DNA from: Lama glama
Taxonomy: Eukaryota
Direction: 5' to 3'
Length of the DNA stretch: 64,000 nt
NCBI GenBank assembly: GCA_028534125.1
Contig: CM052817.1
Span: 29,948,001 to 30,012,000, forward strand
The position numbers were made by a program, and so were the translations under genes. Every line of letters begins with the position of its first letter. Position 1 is the stretch's first letter. Of this stretch, positions 25,311 through 39,100 are shown in pieces. The notes beneath the pieces are model-generated. The model had not been told where the DNA came from. It saw only the letters and a program-made list of their open reading frames with translations, and did not search any database.

Positions 25311-26755
25311 ATAATAATTGAATAAATGAGCTCAGAAAACTGCCCTTCAGAGACGTATGTATGCATGTATACTTAAAAAAAAACAAACAAAGCCTGATCC
25401 TCCAGCCACTTAGGACCCACAATTGTAAGAGATAGTCCTTAAGTTAGATCTGGCTATGGCTTATCTTTACAGTTGCTATAGCAATGTTAAAAAACATGGA
25501 TTCATGTAGAGCCATAATTCCACAATTGGCTATTCTCTGTCATGACACTGGCATAGAATTTTGGCTTTGTGTAATCCTAACGGCAGAAACAGTCCTTTCA
25601 AATTCTCTTTGAGGAAAAATATGAGAATAATGTTTGAAAACAAAATACAATATTTAAATTATTGTATATACTCAGAGTAGCATACAAAAAATCTAAAGTA
25701 ATTTATTTACCTTGAAACATAAAATAGTTTGAAATAACATGGGAAACAAAACTCTGATATGAGTGCATTTTGTCCCCTAGCAATGTCTGCATCTCTATTT
25801 AGACTCCCAAGGAACTGCATTTCCAAGATAGAACTAGGTGCCTCAGATTTTATCTTGCCACTTTTATGTGATTTGCATTTTATTATATTTATTACATGGA
25901 GTTCTTTACCAGCTATCATAGAAAACACATGAAAGATTCTTTATTGTTGAAAACAGAAACTGTCCCAACTTTACGTTTTTTAAGACACAGTTACTAGTAG
26001 TGTGATTCATATCTTGCACTTTTGTCGGGAATGAATCAATTAATCATTAAGTTGTCTTTATATATCAATACATGATTTTAGGTTATCATTTTCTTTTAAA
26101 AATATATAGTAATTAGACACGTTTTCTTACATGATTTTGATTATCACAATAGATTGCTAAAGAAAGAAAGGACAAGTCTGCTTTATCATGTATGAATTAC
26201 AAATTACTCTTTTAATCAATGTTACTGTACAGGCAACTCTCAAAAATATTCGTAGACTAATCACACATTTTATGGATTACAGAAGCCTGGAAACTTCTTG
26301 TTCCTTTCAGCGACCTGCCCTTTGGAACAGCTGACTGTTCATTAACACCATTGTAAGAGCAGGGAATTTCTAAGCACACACCAGTCAACAAATACTGGCT
26401 ATTAGTGATTCAGCTAAAAAATAAAATAAAATCTTGCTGAAAAGTGATTGAAAATATTGACCAAATTTAACATCCTAGGATTATATATGCCTTTCATATA
26501 TTAATTCTTGGTGATTATTCATGCTTTCCTTGGCCTATTTTAAAAACATTTCTGAAATTTCAAGCTCTTTACGATTCTATTTCCTACTTGTTTTTCATAT
26601 GTTTATTTCAACATCATGTTGCAGTAGAGTATCTGTCAATTTTTGCCTGACTGTAGCTGGAGGAATATTTCTAATATATTAAACTGTAAACTTTCATCAT
26701 GTTAAAATGTTACTAAAAGTCTTATGATACTGAAGCATAATATTACATGTCATAC

Positions 26756-26908
26756 CCAATGATGTTCTTGCAGGAACTGCATCCTTATTGATCCAAAAAG
26801 AGACCCAAGAAAGAACAACTGTCAGAATACATGGAATGTAGGTCTGAATAGTGAAATATCCCATTCGTCTGCTTAAGTCAAAAAAAATTGTCATGATTAT
26901 ATAATCTC
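26756..26908 (-). CDS. GABRG1: GABA-A receptor gamma-1, exon 7 (153 nt; [53 protein letters not shown]1 and start of TM2)
   Basis: Acceptor CTTCCAG|GAG, donor TGG|GTATGA; overlaps ORF 26697..26894. Confidence 0.97.
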
Positions 26909-27034
26909 CTGGAAGAAAAAAAAAGTTTTGTTTTTAGCTGTAAAATACTTATAAGTATAGATTCCAAATCATAGGTTTAAATACAAGCGCCATTTAATGA
27001 TAGCATTAGTCACTGGCTTATGTTTTCTTCTTAC

Positions 27035-27172
27035 CAGAGATTGTGTGAGAGATTTCAGTTGTGTTCCGTAACCCTACAAATGCAAACTGATATAATCTCC
27101 AGTATTTAGGATCAGCCACTTCTACAGAAGGCTTTTTCCACTTATACTCAATTTCATTCTTAGGGTATCCAT
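27035..27172 (-). CDS. GABRG1: GABA-A receptor gamma-1, exon 6 (138 nt; [47 protein letters not shown])
   Basis: Read manually; acceptor TACCTAG|ATGG, donor CTG|GTAAGA. Confidence 0.97.
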
Positions 27173-27279
27173 CTAGGTACAAAATTAAAATTAAAATTAA
27201 AACATATACATTAGCAGATCCAAATCTGTTACTGTTTTAATATCAATATCATCTAAATTCTCTGAAATGCTTCTTCATT

Positions 27280-28110
27280 TTTTATTATACGTCAACTATA
27301 GAAAAATGCTGCATAAAATTTACATGTTTAGCTTAAAGAATAATCATATAGTGATTAATGATAATTAATGTAACCACTCAAATCAAGAAATAAAACCTTG
27401 TTAGCATCCAGGAAAAGACGTGTGTTTTGTTACAGATATTCTAAACAGCCCATCTGAAAAATAAGACTTGGTTTAGGTTCTTTTTGAACTCTACTTGATT
27501 ATTGCCATACTGGATGCATTATTTTATAACTTACTTCTTTTAATATCATATTTGTAATAGTCACCCATGCTCTTGTATGTAGCTGTATTAAATTTAGTCT
27601 ATTGTTTTACTATGTAGACACTTGTAACATTTCCTGTTGGCTATTATTAATATTGCTGCAAATAACATTACTGTATATGCCTCACAAAGCATGTATATGC
27701 AAAAGTTCCTCTAGGATACATATCTAAGCATGGAATAGCTGGGTCATAGATTATTTATAATGTCCATTTTACGAGACAATGTCAATCTTTTTTCCATAGA
27801 GAGTATACTAACCTCATCTCGCAATAGCCAGAGTATGAAAGTACATGCAGATTGATATATACATTAAAGTTTATGTTGGCAGCCTTCTTTACTTTTACTA
27901 GTCTGTAGAGAGAATTTTATTTCACTTATTCCTGATTATAAATAAAACCTAGACATCTTTTCATGTGTTTATTAGATTGTTGGATTTCTTCCCTAGAGAA
28001 CTATTTGTTCAATTGCCCATTATTTTATTGGGTTTTCTTTTTTATCTTTCTTTTTTGTTTGAATTCTATATATACTCTGGATAGTAGACATTTGTTAGTC
28101 ATTTGTGTTT
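27280..28110 (-). mobile_element. Old L1 (L1M) 3' fragment
   Basis: ctctaggatacatatctaagcatggaatagctgggtcatag; acatctttttcatgtgtttatt; tatatactctggata. Confidence 0.75.
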
Positions 28111-30232
28111 AAATTGTCTTTGCCTTCTCTGTCACTGTCTAGAATGGAAATGAATGCTTTCAAAAAGGATATGCTTTTGTTTCTGCTACATGTCAGAAAT
28201 CCACAAGGCCTTTGGGTCCAGTCAAGCAAAGGAAATTTGGGCAATCCATGTTGGGGTGGGCTTGTGATTAAATCCTCTCAAGGAGTTATTTCACCCTGGT
28301 ATGCTGACTGCAGAGGTAAATTTCCTTTTAGACCTTAGTGGTTGTATGTACATGTGTGTGAGTGTGTATGGGGGACACTCTTTCATGTTACCCTAAGCTG
28401 TACGTAGAGATCACGTTTTATTACATTTTTATTCCACAAGGCTGTAAACATCAAAGCTCAAATTTATCTTGCTTGACAAATGTCCTCAGGTCAAAACTGG
28501 CTCCAAAATTCATATTTCTGACATCAATTTTTGTGGCTGAAAATTCCTTACTAGTGATCACGTCCACGTTTTTGAGAAGTTTTTAATAATAAACTATTTT
28601 AAACTGTTTTCCACAAATGGGTTGGTTTACCATATTACAGAAACGGAATTCACTATCACCTTGAGAAAGTTCAAAAACTGTGTATCAACTCCCTTATCAG
28701 CCATGTGATGAAATAGCTGTTGTCTTTGCTGGCCTGTTTAAGGATCTTTTTCTTTCTTTCTCCGTCTTCTCTCCCTTGTTCTCAAGGTTTAGACACCTTG
28801 TTTTTCCATATTTCCCATTCTTTTTAAATGTAATTATAGACACAACAGAGTACAGTTATAGCATATAGGAGTGTAGGCACAAATTAAAAATAGTGAGCTC
28901 ATTACGTAACCACTCTAAATCTCATGATATCTACTTTTAAAATGGGAGCCTTATTGGAATCTTCCCAATATATTTGTTGTTTAACATTAGATGGAGAAGG
29001 CTTAATTCTCTGCTGGACCCATACAGAGTGCCTGAAAAAACTTAGCTATGATTATTATGTGTATGTCCGTGACACCCAATTGCACTGACAGGGATAGAAT
29101 ATTAATTCCCAATAATGACAATCAAAGCTAAAGAGATGTCACGCAAAGAATTTAGGCATGGTATCTAGAGGTGAGTACAATAATTGCTAAATCTTTAAAT
29201 ATTTGCATGTCAGTTATTCCTTGAATGTTCCTATTAATCAAGTCTTTGTTGTGACTTGCCTATTTTATTCACTGAGAAGTCAATGTTAGAAAGTCAAAGC
29301 AATGAAATGTTAGATTATGAATTTAAAAAGATGTTCTAGTGAGATAAAAATCATTAAGAAATGACAACATTGTTAATAAGGGATAACAGAAGATATTTGG
29401 GAATGTGTTAAGTGAATAAGCAGGATAATACTTATGAGTTCTTATAATCTACTGTGAATAAATTCTAGAATGTGATATCTAAAAAAACGAATTTCAAAAA
29501 GGGAAATAGCATTACATAATTCTGGACATAGGCAATATTGTTTTTTAAAGTCGTTTTACATGTTGTCAAGACTTGCTCAATTAGATACTATCTAGAAAAA
29601 ATATTTTTATAAAAACACATGTAAAGCTAAATATGTTAGTAAATACAAAATAAAACTGATATTAATATAGAAAGATTGTAACTATTTCGTTAGAACAAAA
29701 TGCTAAGTTTTATATACAAATTATTTTGCTCTAATCATTTCTCTGGCTTTCATTCCTTCTTTTGGATAAAATAAACTTATTTCTACCTTGGTTTTTCCAC
29801 CTCATTAAAGTCTTCTCAGATATTTGCTATTCATGTAGTAAATATTCTTCACCAATAATAAAGTTAAATCTGGCCTCCAGGAATATGAATAAAATTTGAC
29901 TCAGCTTTTTATTCATGGCAGTGTAAAAATATTTGAACATAAACCTATCTTCAATAGTCCTTTATTTAATCAAAATAGCAAAAGGGTACTTGGATAAAAC
30001 TGATTTGTAAAGAATGATATAATAAAATATATACATTCACTATGCATTTATTGTCACTTTTTAATTTAAAAGCAAGAAACAAATATGTCATTTGTAATTT
30101 TATCTAAAAGTTGGACATAACCCACATTTCTGAAAACTGTAAAAATTGTAGCTCATCTCATTTCATTTTACATTTTTAAATAATCAAGATCAGAAACTAT
30201 AATGTTCTATGAAAATATCAAGTATTTTATCA

Positions 30233-30343
<111 letters not shown>

Positions 30344-31148
30344 TTAAATAACAAGAAATAATTCCAAGCATTAAAAATCTTTTGTCTAATTTTAAAACAT
30401 GATTTTGGCTGACAATGATAGAATGTGATGTACTTGGAAAGAATAATTTTGAGTTCTCAAAATCTTAAATAGTAACATAATAACATTCATAAATAAATAA
30501 GAAACTTCTCACATTTTTCTTTTCAATCAACTAAGATGCCTCCCAATTAATCTAAGTATGATCTGTGTTTACTGTTAAAAATTTACACTTCAGGATCTCA
30601 ACAAACACGTATGTATGTACATACACATGAAGATTGACATAGTGTACATGGTTAAGTATGGTGATTTTTTCCCTCTTTATCATAAAAATCTTTCCATTAA
30701 GGATATGCTTCTTAATAAGTAGATATGTTCAAGACAGTGAGTTAAATAAACTTGAATCTTACATCAACCTTTAATCCTTTCTTAGGGATGTTTTACTACA
30801 GCATTGAAAAATCAGAGTATTTCAAAATGTTATGGCAGAATGGACTCATTAGATAAAATCTCCATCAGTCATTTGCATTATAGGTTAAAAAACAGGAGGT
30901 TATGCCACAACCTCTTCACCTTCAAAGAAGGGAAATCAAGGATTTTTTCTTCTTTGCTTTTAGTCCTTTTCACATACCAGTAACTCTGAGCTTAAACAGT
31001 TGTTTCCAAAATATTTCACTATTTTAGATTTTAGCATATAAAAGAAGTTCTTCCTTTGCAATTTTGAAAAAAGGTATATTTAAGAGTTGATCACATATTA
31101 GCATGGAAAATAAATTAAAGCAACTGTATATTTTTTTAACAGTCATAC

Positions 31149-31369
31149 CTTAGAGTATAAAGAACCCGTCCATCATTCCAAATGCGAAGAAGACGATTAG
31201 GAGTTGTTATCCAATGAGCATCAGATTTTCTTGAGTTTCTGAAGAAAGTGTCCGGAATCCAAATTTTTCCAACCATATTACTGTTAAGCATAAGCACTTT
31301 CATGGTACTATTGAATTTTAATCGACTATCAAACCAGGTTTGGGCAAAAATTATATCTATTGTGTATTC
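31149..31369 (-). CDS. GABRG1: GABA-A receptor gamma-1, exon 4 (221 nt; [74 protein letters not shown])
   Basis: Read manually; acceptor CTCTTAG|GAA, donor AAG|GTATGA; WIPDTFF motif. Confidence 0.97.
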
Positions 31370-32744
31370 CTAAGAGATAAAAAGAAGAGTAATGACAGAA
31401 TAGTAAAGCCATTATTTTAGACATTTTCTTCAGAAATTTAGATTTTTATTTTTTAAAGTTTTAAGTAAACAGCACTTAAGCTCAGTCTTTTTGGAGAAAA
31501 AAATGTACACCATTATTTTTACCTTCCTTTTTTATTGTTTACATGAGTCATGTAAATTAAAATCCAAGATTTCTGGTAATTACCACTACCCAGTGTGGTT
31601 TATATATAGTAAATTGTTTTCAAGATTTTTATAATATGTAGGATGTAGTTATTAAATATGAAAGCCAATTATTTTAAGATTAACAATTATATTTACTTTC
31701 ATAATATCTATGAGTACTTAAGTCACATAAAAAAATCAGAAACTACAAAATCAAGATACAAACACTCACCATATTATCTAAAAGCCCTTACCTTGTCCTT
31801 TGTCCAAAAAATTAATTACAATTATTTAGATCCACTGTTTTCAAATGTGTTAAAGCAACCACACTCACACATGCACACACATAAAGCCCTGTTGAGGACT
31901 TACAATATGCCAAGTACTATGTTGCATTTTGCAAGTATCATGTTATTAAATCCTTACTATAATCTGTGAAGTAAGTACTACAATAATCTTTATTCTCAAT
32001 GAACACTTATTAATAGAGACATGAAATAGTTCTCCCTATATCATGGAGCAGATGATATAAAAACTGAGGCACTGCAGACTGAATACCAAATTTACATGTA
32101 TAACAACCATACATAATGGTGGTCAAAGTAAGGCATGCTAAGGGTCATAATCAGAGCAAAGGCTCTGCCCTAATTCAGCAAGTGACTGTCAGCAGGAAAC
32201 TGCACGGTCACGAGAGAGTTCTTAGGAGTAGGCGATCAGGTATATAACCCATCTTGATATACTAACAGAACACCTGCCATATTATAAGCATCAAAATTTA
32301 TCTGATGGAATTAATAAGAATGCATAATCAATGCTACTGAGAAAAGAAAATGATTATATATATATGTGTGTGTGAGGGCACAACTTTGATACTAAAAGGG
32401 AAAGAAAAGAGTAAGTTGAAAAACACGAGGTTTTATATGAGTCACTTGTGGTGGGGAGTTTGGTTGCTCACTCTTGATGTAATGCTAGCTCTTGTCCAAT
32501 TTACCTGGTGGGAAATATTTAATATAATAAGTGGATGTATAATTGGGAGTTTGACTAATGAATGAAATCATTTTTAAAAAATGGCAGAGAGAATAATAAG
32601 GAAACAAATTAGGAGTCAACTTGTTTATAGGGAAGGCGGATCAAATCCTAGTTTCCAGGCAGGATATTTATAATTTTAGCTTACCTAACTGGAATACAGA
32701 AAGTCAATTGAGAGGAAAACCTCATTTTATCTATTTTGATGAGT

Positions 32745-32965
32745 TTTTTAATTGAGTAAATTTAACATATAACATTGTATAAGTTTAAGTTGTATAGTGT
32801 TTTACTTTGGTATATTTATATATTGTGATATGATTAGTGTTGTAGAAATATTTATCACATTACCTAATTATAGTATTATATTATTGTCTATATTCATTAT
32901 GCTGTACATTAGATCTTTATGGCTTAGTTAATACTCCTTACAAGTTAATACCCTTAAACACTATC
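32745..32965 (-). mobile_element. Short L1 3' end (L1MA-like) with degenerate TSD
   Basis: tttttaattgagtaaatttaacatataacattgtataagtttaag...; flanks tcattttatct(a/c)tttt near 32723 and 32964. Confidence 0.75.
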
Positions 32966-35898
32966 ATTTTATCTCTTTTGGATGAACAATGTTGTAATTT
33001 GCCAAAGCCATATAGTTATTAGTAATTATTTAAAATCCAACAAAGGCCTAGACATTATGTACTTGAGCACGAGAAGTACACTGTATAAAGGGATTAAAAT
33101 CTATTAAATTTTTATGGATAATTTGTCCATATGATAATGTAATTAGTGATCATTCAATAATCCGCCTACATGTTTAACATCTATTGTGTGTCGTTCATTG
33201 TTTTGCATGGATGTGAAGACATGAAGTCCTTGAGCACAAAAACACTGCATCATGACCCCATCTTCATGTAGTCTTGGTCGCCATGGGTTGCCAGAGTAAC
33301 TTCGAGAGGGAGACGATTAAAACTTAGTGTGGGATGGCATAGAATCAAATTGTGCTCTAGAAGTTGGGCTGAAAGTACCGTTGCAACTATGTAAGCCTTG
33401 TACATTCCAGAGCCACAACCTTGATGATGTACTAATTGTTTGTAACTCAAACTGAGTCATAATGCAAAACATCTCATAATATATAATAATGAAGAATATT
33501 TATTTTATAAGTGCTTAATCATCTTGCTGAGTAATTTTAATGGAGTGGTATGTAATATGGGCATGCATTTAGGAGGGCCAGTGGACTCCCATTTATAATA
33601 TCATTGGTTTACCTCCTCCCTGAACCTTGGGGAAAATTCTTAGACATCTTCACAACAGTTATCTGTAATCCCCATTCTGAACTCCTGCTTCTCAGGCTAG
33701 ATGTCTTTTCTTTGGAATAAATTATGGTTTGCCCAAGCAGCTTCTTCAACTGACACAAATAATTAACTATTGAGAGTCTAAAAGTGCACCCTGTGTTAAT
33801 GATATGGTATCTGGTTTTAATAGTAAATACAAATAGAAAGGAGGGTCACATTCATTCTATGGTAGATCCTACAAGGAGTATTTAATCTACATTGTATACC
33901 AGAATTACATTGTACTTTTGTAAGGAATCAAACAGCAGACACTGCTTAAGATAAAGGAAGAAGTTTACATACCCACCAGGATTATGGCTTGGCAAAGATG
34001 CAATAGTGGTTGATAGAGGAAATCTCAAGCTACTTCATAGGTATACTGAGTATTCCTAACAGGGCATTAAAGATGGCATTTGAGAACTAACTTGTCTAAG
34101 GAGAGGATAGAGCAAGCAGATGTGAATCCTCTTAGCAGTGATCTTCTTTAGCATGCCTGTTTATAAAAGTGCTAATCACTGTTGCATGAGTCACGGTTTC
34201 CAAAGTCCCAAACTCTCCCAAGCAGAGATTTTGGGGAAACTGTGAAATTTTTTTCTGCTCACAGTTCCCTAAACCTGAATTCAAGAAGGGAAAGATACAG
34301 AGCATACATCTTGATAATCTATCCTTCCCAAACATTTTGCAGAGGTTAATATTTCCAAGTGCTTTTAAATGGCTAATCCTTAATAAATGCCTCGTTGAGA
34401 TAAGAAGGTTATTAAAGTTTGTGCCATTTTATATGTAATGGAAAAATCCAATTTTGTTTGCTCATTTGTATTAATGTAATTTCCAGTAAGTGATCAAACT
34501 GTGTCCTTGTACTTCATGTTCCTATTGAGAGGTTATAATTACCTGCATAATAACTGAGCAAAAGAAACATGAAGAGGAACTTCCATTCACTCAGAACAAC
34601 AAGAACAATAGCTTCTAGGATAAACATTTCAAGATGAGGAGCAGTGCATTTAATGCTGAAAATCCAATGTACATTATGAAACTAACTTTGTCTCCTTGAA
34701 AGTTAGTCCAGAAAAGAGCATTAGTGAATATAAAGGTGAAGAAGTGAGCCATTCTGATTTCTAACTCAATTAATCAAAGAATAATTGATAAAAGTGTGTG
34801 TAGTGTAGTCTTCCTGATTTACTGTCAGCTGTACAGTTATGTATTTTGTCTAACATTTAAAAGCACTGTATAATTCAGTATTTTTGTCTTAATAATGGAA
34901 GAAACTTCATGCAAAATGCAGACCTAAGTAATTAATGTAAGTACATAATTTTGTCATGATGTTTGGTTGATCCTGAGCTGGTCTTTCCGCCTTGGCATTA
35001 ATCTCTCCCTAAACCATCAATTCACATGGCCAAAATAGTATGGTGGGTCAATGGTTAGCAGTAAATAGGATTCTAAGGCTATAAACATGTGGAGAAAATG
35101 TTCAAGTGTAGCTAATTCCCAGCACGAGTAGCTTTAGTGGTAAGAGTTCATAAGATTCTGCCCTTCTTTGCTCAATTATTGTAAAAGCACTAACTTCTTG
35201 ATACTATCACAACAAGATAAGTAAAAATCTTGGTGTTACTCTATCTGTCAAATGGAAAAAGAAATAAGAAACGAATAGGTTATGTGAGGCACTTAAATCA
35301 CTGAAGTCACCAGCAATTCACTGAGAGATAATACAAAAGTAGACATAAATCCTAGGTTCAATTATCAACCCCACGGGTTCTATTTTTATGCCTCTAAATG
35401 TAGATTGCCAAGGGTACATAACCCCATGTGCAGTCATTAATTAACTTTTTAACAAATATTTTCAGTGCTTGAATTACTTCTATATTATTCTTGATTTACA
35501 AAGATGAAAATGAAGACTTCTTGTTATGAATATATACATAATCAAAATTGGAAATTAATAAAACTTACAGGAGGTGAAGTTAAAGAGAAATAGAAACAGT
35601 TGGGATTATTTTCAGCTATGGGAGATTAAAAAAGACTTTATGATGGAAGTTGTATTTAAACTGAATTTTAAAGAATATACGAACACTCAGATAATATTGA
35701 GGTCAGTCAATAAATGCTGAGAGGGGGAGAAGTACAGAGGTAGTAAAACACAGGGCATGATGAGGAAGAAAAAGAACTCAAGCCACGTATAATGAAAAAT
35801 GTGTGAATTTTCTGTCTGTCAGGGAATGTACGTTCCTCAAGTACACAGGATATTCCATATCTGGGAGAGTTTTTGACAGCTGTTATTTAAAACTGACC

Positions 35899-36118
35899 AA
35901 TCAATTGTAACATATCAACTTGATATGTAAGGTAGATAGATATAGGACTGGGAAGAGGGAATAAAAGAATACAAATATACAAAACCCCCAAAGAACTTTA
36001 TAGCTATACCTTTCAAACACAGCTGAATACTAACATTAAAGAGAGAACTTTATCTCTAAAAAGTAAGTCAATTTTGTGGTCCACTCATTGTTACAAGTCC
36101 AAATCTTAACACAAAAAT
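35899..36118 (+). repeat. Dispersed direct repeat, copy B (intron 3)
   Basis: Aligns by eye with 22230-22460; roughly 80% identity over the ~105-bp core. Confidence 0.85.
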
Positions 36119-39100
36119 GCAATCAGAATTTTCTGACATTATCCATATACTACTAGAATAGCATTGTTTGCACTTTATTGAAGTACTGGCTTCTGATGTT
36201 TACCTCGTAGGTTGGATCACATTGTACATATCACAGAGCTGAATGCTCTTACCAGAAAGCCCAAAACCTATCACACAGTTTGCACAGTTCCCATTATAGA
36301 CATTTGTCATGATTTCCATTACAGCAAAATATCAAAAGTGGAGGCATTTAACAAGTTTTCTCTCCTTTACATTTTAATTATACTGCAGAGTAATTTATGT
36401 TAGTCCAAATTCATTGGCATTCTAAAACCTGAACTTTTAATACATTATTTAAAGCCTTTGAACTGAAAAAAGAAACATAAAAGTAACATACTGAATAAGG
36501 GATGGGGCATTGTCTTTAATTGTATATGTAATTTTAAGCAGTTTTCAGACAGTCAACAAAACAAATACTAACACATCAAAAGTGTGTGTTGTAGCGAGAA
36601 GATATGATGTAATCTAAAGAACACTGGTTGGACTGAGTCTGGAAATCATATCATAGTTCCAGTTCTGTGACCAGCACAATGCTGAGCAGGTTCTTTACTT
36701 TCTCTCAATGGAAAAATGAGGGCACTACACAGGATAATCATTCGGATCTTTCCCTGCTTTAAGACGCGGTGATCATGAGACTATTATTGATCGTGAGGCT
36801 GTTACAAAATAATAGGAATGAACTTTTTAAGAAACGTTCTGAGCATAAACAGGAATGAAGGCTAAGATGGGCATGGTGTTGTCCCATGACCCATCCTCAT
36901 AAAAATACTTCCAATCTATTGGTGTCTTTGTTATTTTCATTTAATCCCACCTAATTCCTGCTAAATTTATATTTGAAAGTGGCTTCAGCTAGTGGCTGCC
37001 AAATTGGTTGATGAGACTCTGAAGAGCATTTTCAAAATTCTGATTCTAGCTCCCCATCCCAGATTACTGAATCAGAGCAATATGGGAGAAAATTGTACTT
37101 TTCTTAAATACAATTTGCATTTATAGGATTTTGGAAAATTTTGACTTAAGATCCTATCCCTTTCTTAAGGCATTTATATCTAATGTTTTCTAGGCTTCTG
37201 ACTTTAAAAAAATAAAGGTAAGAGAAAAAGAGAGAAGAGAAAGATGCATAGATGAAGAGTTGTACAGAATTCTTCAAACTGAAAAATAAAGGCTGTCCTC
37301 TCTCTAAATATAAGCTCTCTATATAAACACTATAGGAGAACATGTGTTGATGAGTGTGTATCTTTAAGAGAAGTTTGGTTTTTAACATTCAACTAATAAA
37401 TATACCTCTACAGAATTTTAGAATGTAATCTTCTAAAACAGTAAAAATATTACCCCTCTGAAGTTATCTTAGGCCCTGTTAAATTATCACCATATGTGCT
37501 GAACTGCTTTTTCTTAGATACCCATTGTTTTTCTGTATTTTTATATTAGGAAAGCAATAACATTTGTCACTCTCCTTGCATAAATAAATTTTATATTAAG
37601 ACATGAAACAGCCAAAGCTGTTGCCTAATAACTTTGAGTTCATTATTGAAAAACCTTGGGAGGTACTATATAACTTAAATAATTTGATTTTAAAGAGGTA
37701 AAGATGTATATCATAAGGTATGTTTGAATCAACTGCAACATTTAACTTCCTATATATGGGGCAAAGGAGCATTCTGGATCAAAGAAGCATAGAGATGACA
37801 ATATCACTCATTCATTTATAATTTTGTTCTCTGCTGGTGTTGAATCAAAAAATACCTAAATTCTGTATTATTTTAAGATAAAGCCTGTAAATAAAGTAGA
37901 CTTTAGGGTACCCACTCTAAAAATAAATGTTAACATAATATGCAAAAGAAAAGAAATTAAAATTACGGTAGCAAGCTTTAAAATATTGTACAAACCAAAC
38001 AAATAAACTTAATGCATTTGCTGTTTCATAATTCCTGGCAAGGAGTGACTGTTTCCTATTAATACAGTAAAATGAAAAGAACAAAGGTTACTATGATACA
38101 TAGAAGCTGAGCTTAGGGCTTTATTTCCTTAAATCTGGAAGCAGGAGGAACAAAAATGAGAGGGAAGGAATGAGAGGTGTGGCGGCGGGGGGAGAAGGAG
38201 AGAGAGACAGAGACAAAGGCAGAGAGATGCAGAGACAGAGAGCAATGGAAAGATGAACGTATTGAACATTAGCATCGATTGTATGAACCATGTTGAAGAA
38301 ATGTGCTCCTTGCAAGAAATTCGTGGAGAAAAACATTTTCTCTGATCATCAGCTTTCTCAATATATTGAGAATATTTAAACACAAGTTATTTGTCTAGGG
38401 AGTTTATTATGGAAAATGAGTTTGATAAACAAGACAAAGTAAAAAAAAAAAGTCTTAAAAGTCAGTTCTCATCATTCTCAGATGATTTAACTCTACCTAC
38501 GCCCCCTCCATATGCACACTGGATATTTGACCATTCCCCTTAAATGATGGAAGAAAATGTGGTTATTGGGAAAAATCTCTTATTCCCCTCATTGTATTTC
38601 CTTAAATCCTTTATTATATTTCCATACAGTAATGAATAGTGTTTATAATGTTTGTAGTTCCACCCACATTTTTGAGGATTTGTTTTTCTTCTTTAGGGAT
38701 TAGTTGGGTTTTCCTTTTCTGTTAAAAGGAGTCTAAAACGGAGCATTATGGTGAAATATTTCTATACTAGCCTGAGAGAAAACAACTTGTCTTTTGCTAA
38801 ATTCACTTAATCCAACTTGTGTCCTGCTCCCCCCTTGCATCATCTCCAGCAGGCACTCGGTTCCTTTCTAAGCTGTCCTCATAGCTGGTGCCCTCATTCT
38901 TCAGTCCCGTCTGCATTGCCAAGACAAATCACAGTTCCACATGAGAAGAATCTAACCTGCTTTGGAACCATATTCTAGGACATGTGACCTATGCCTCTGG
39001 CAGTTAGAATAATAAAAAGTTAAGTTCTGCAAACATGAATTGGAATCTCATTCTTGAGCAGTTTTTTTATAGCTGTTTCTCTCTCTGGTCTGACACTTTC

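Noticed and set aside
26909..27034. Intron 6 is 126 nt (multiple of 3), so retention might be in frame
   Set aside because: Retention reads GGT AAG AAG AAA ACA TAA, a stop at the sixth codon
38150..38245. GC-rich ggcggcggggg patch as a promoter or CpG island
   Set aside because: Too short and embedded in a GA-rich simple repeat
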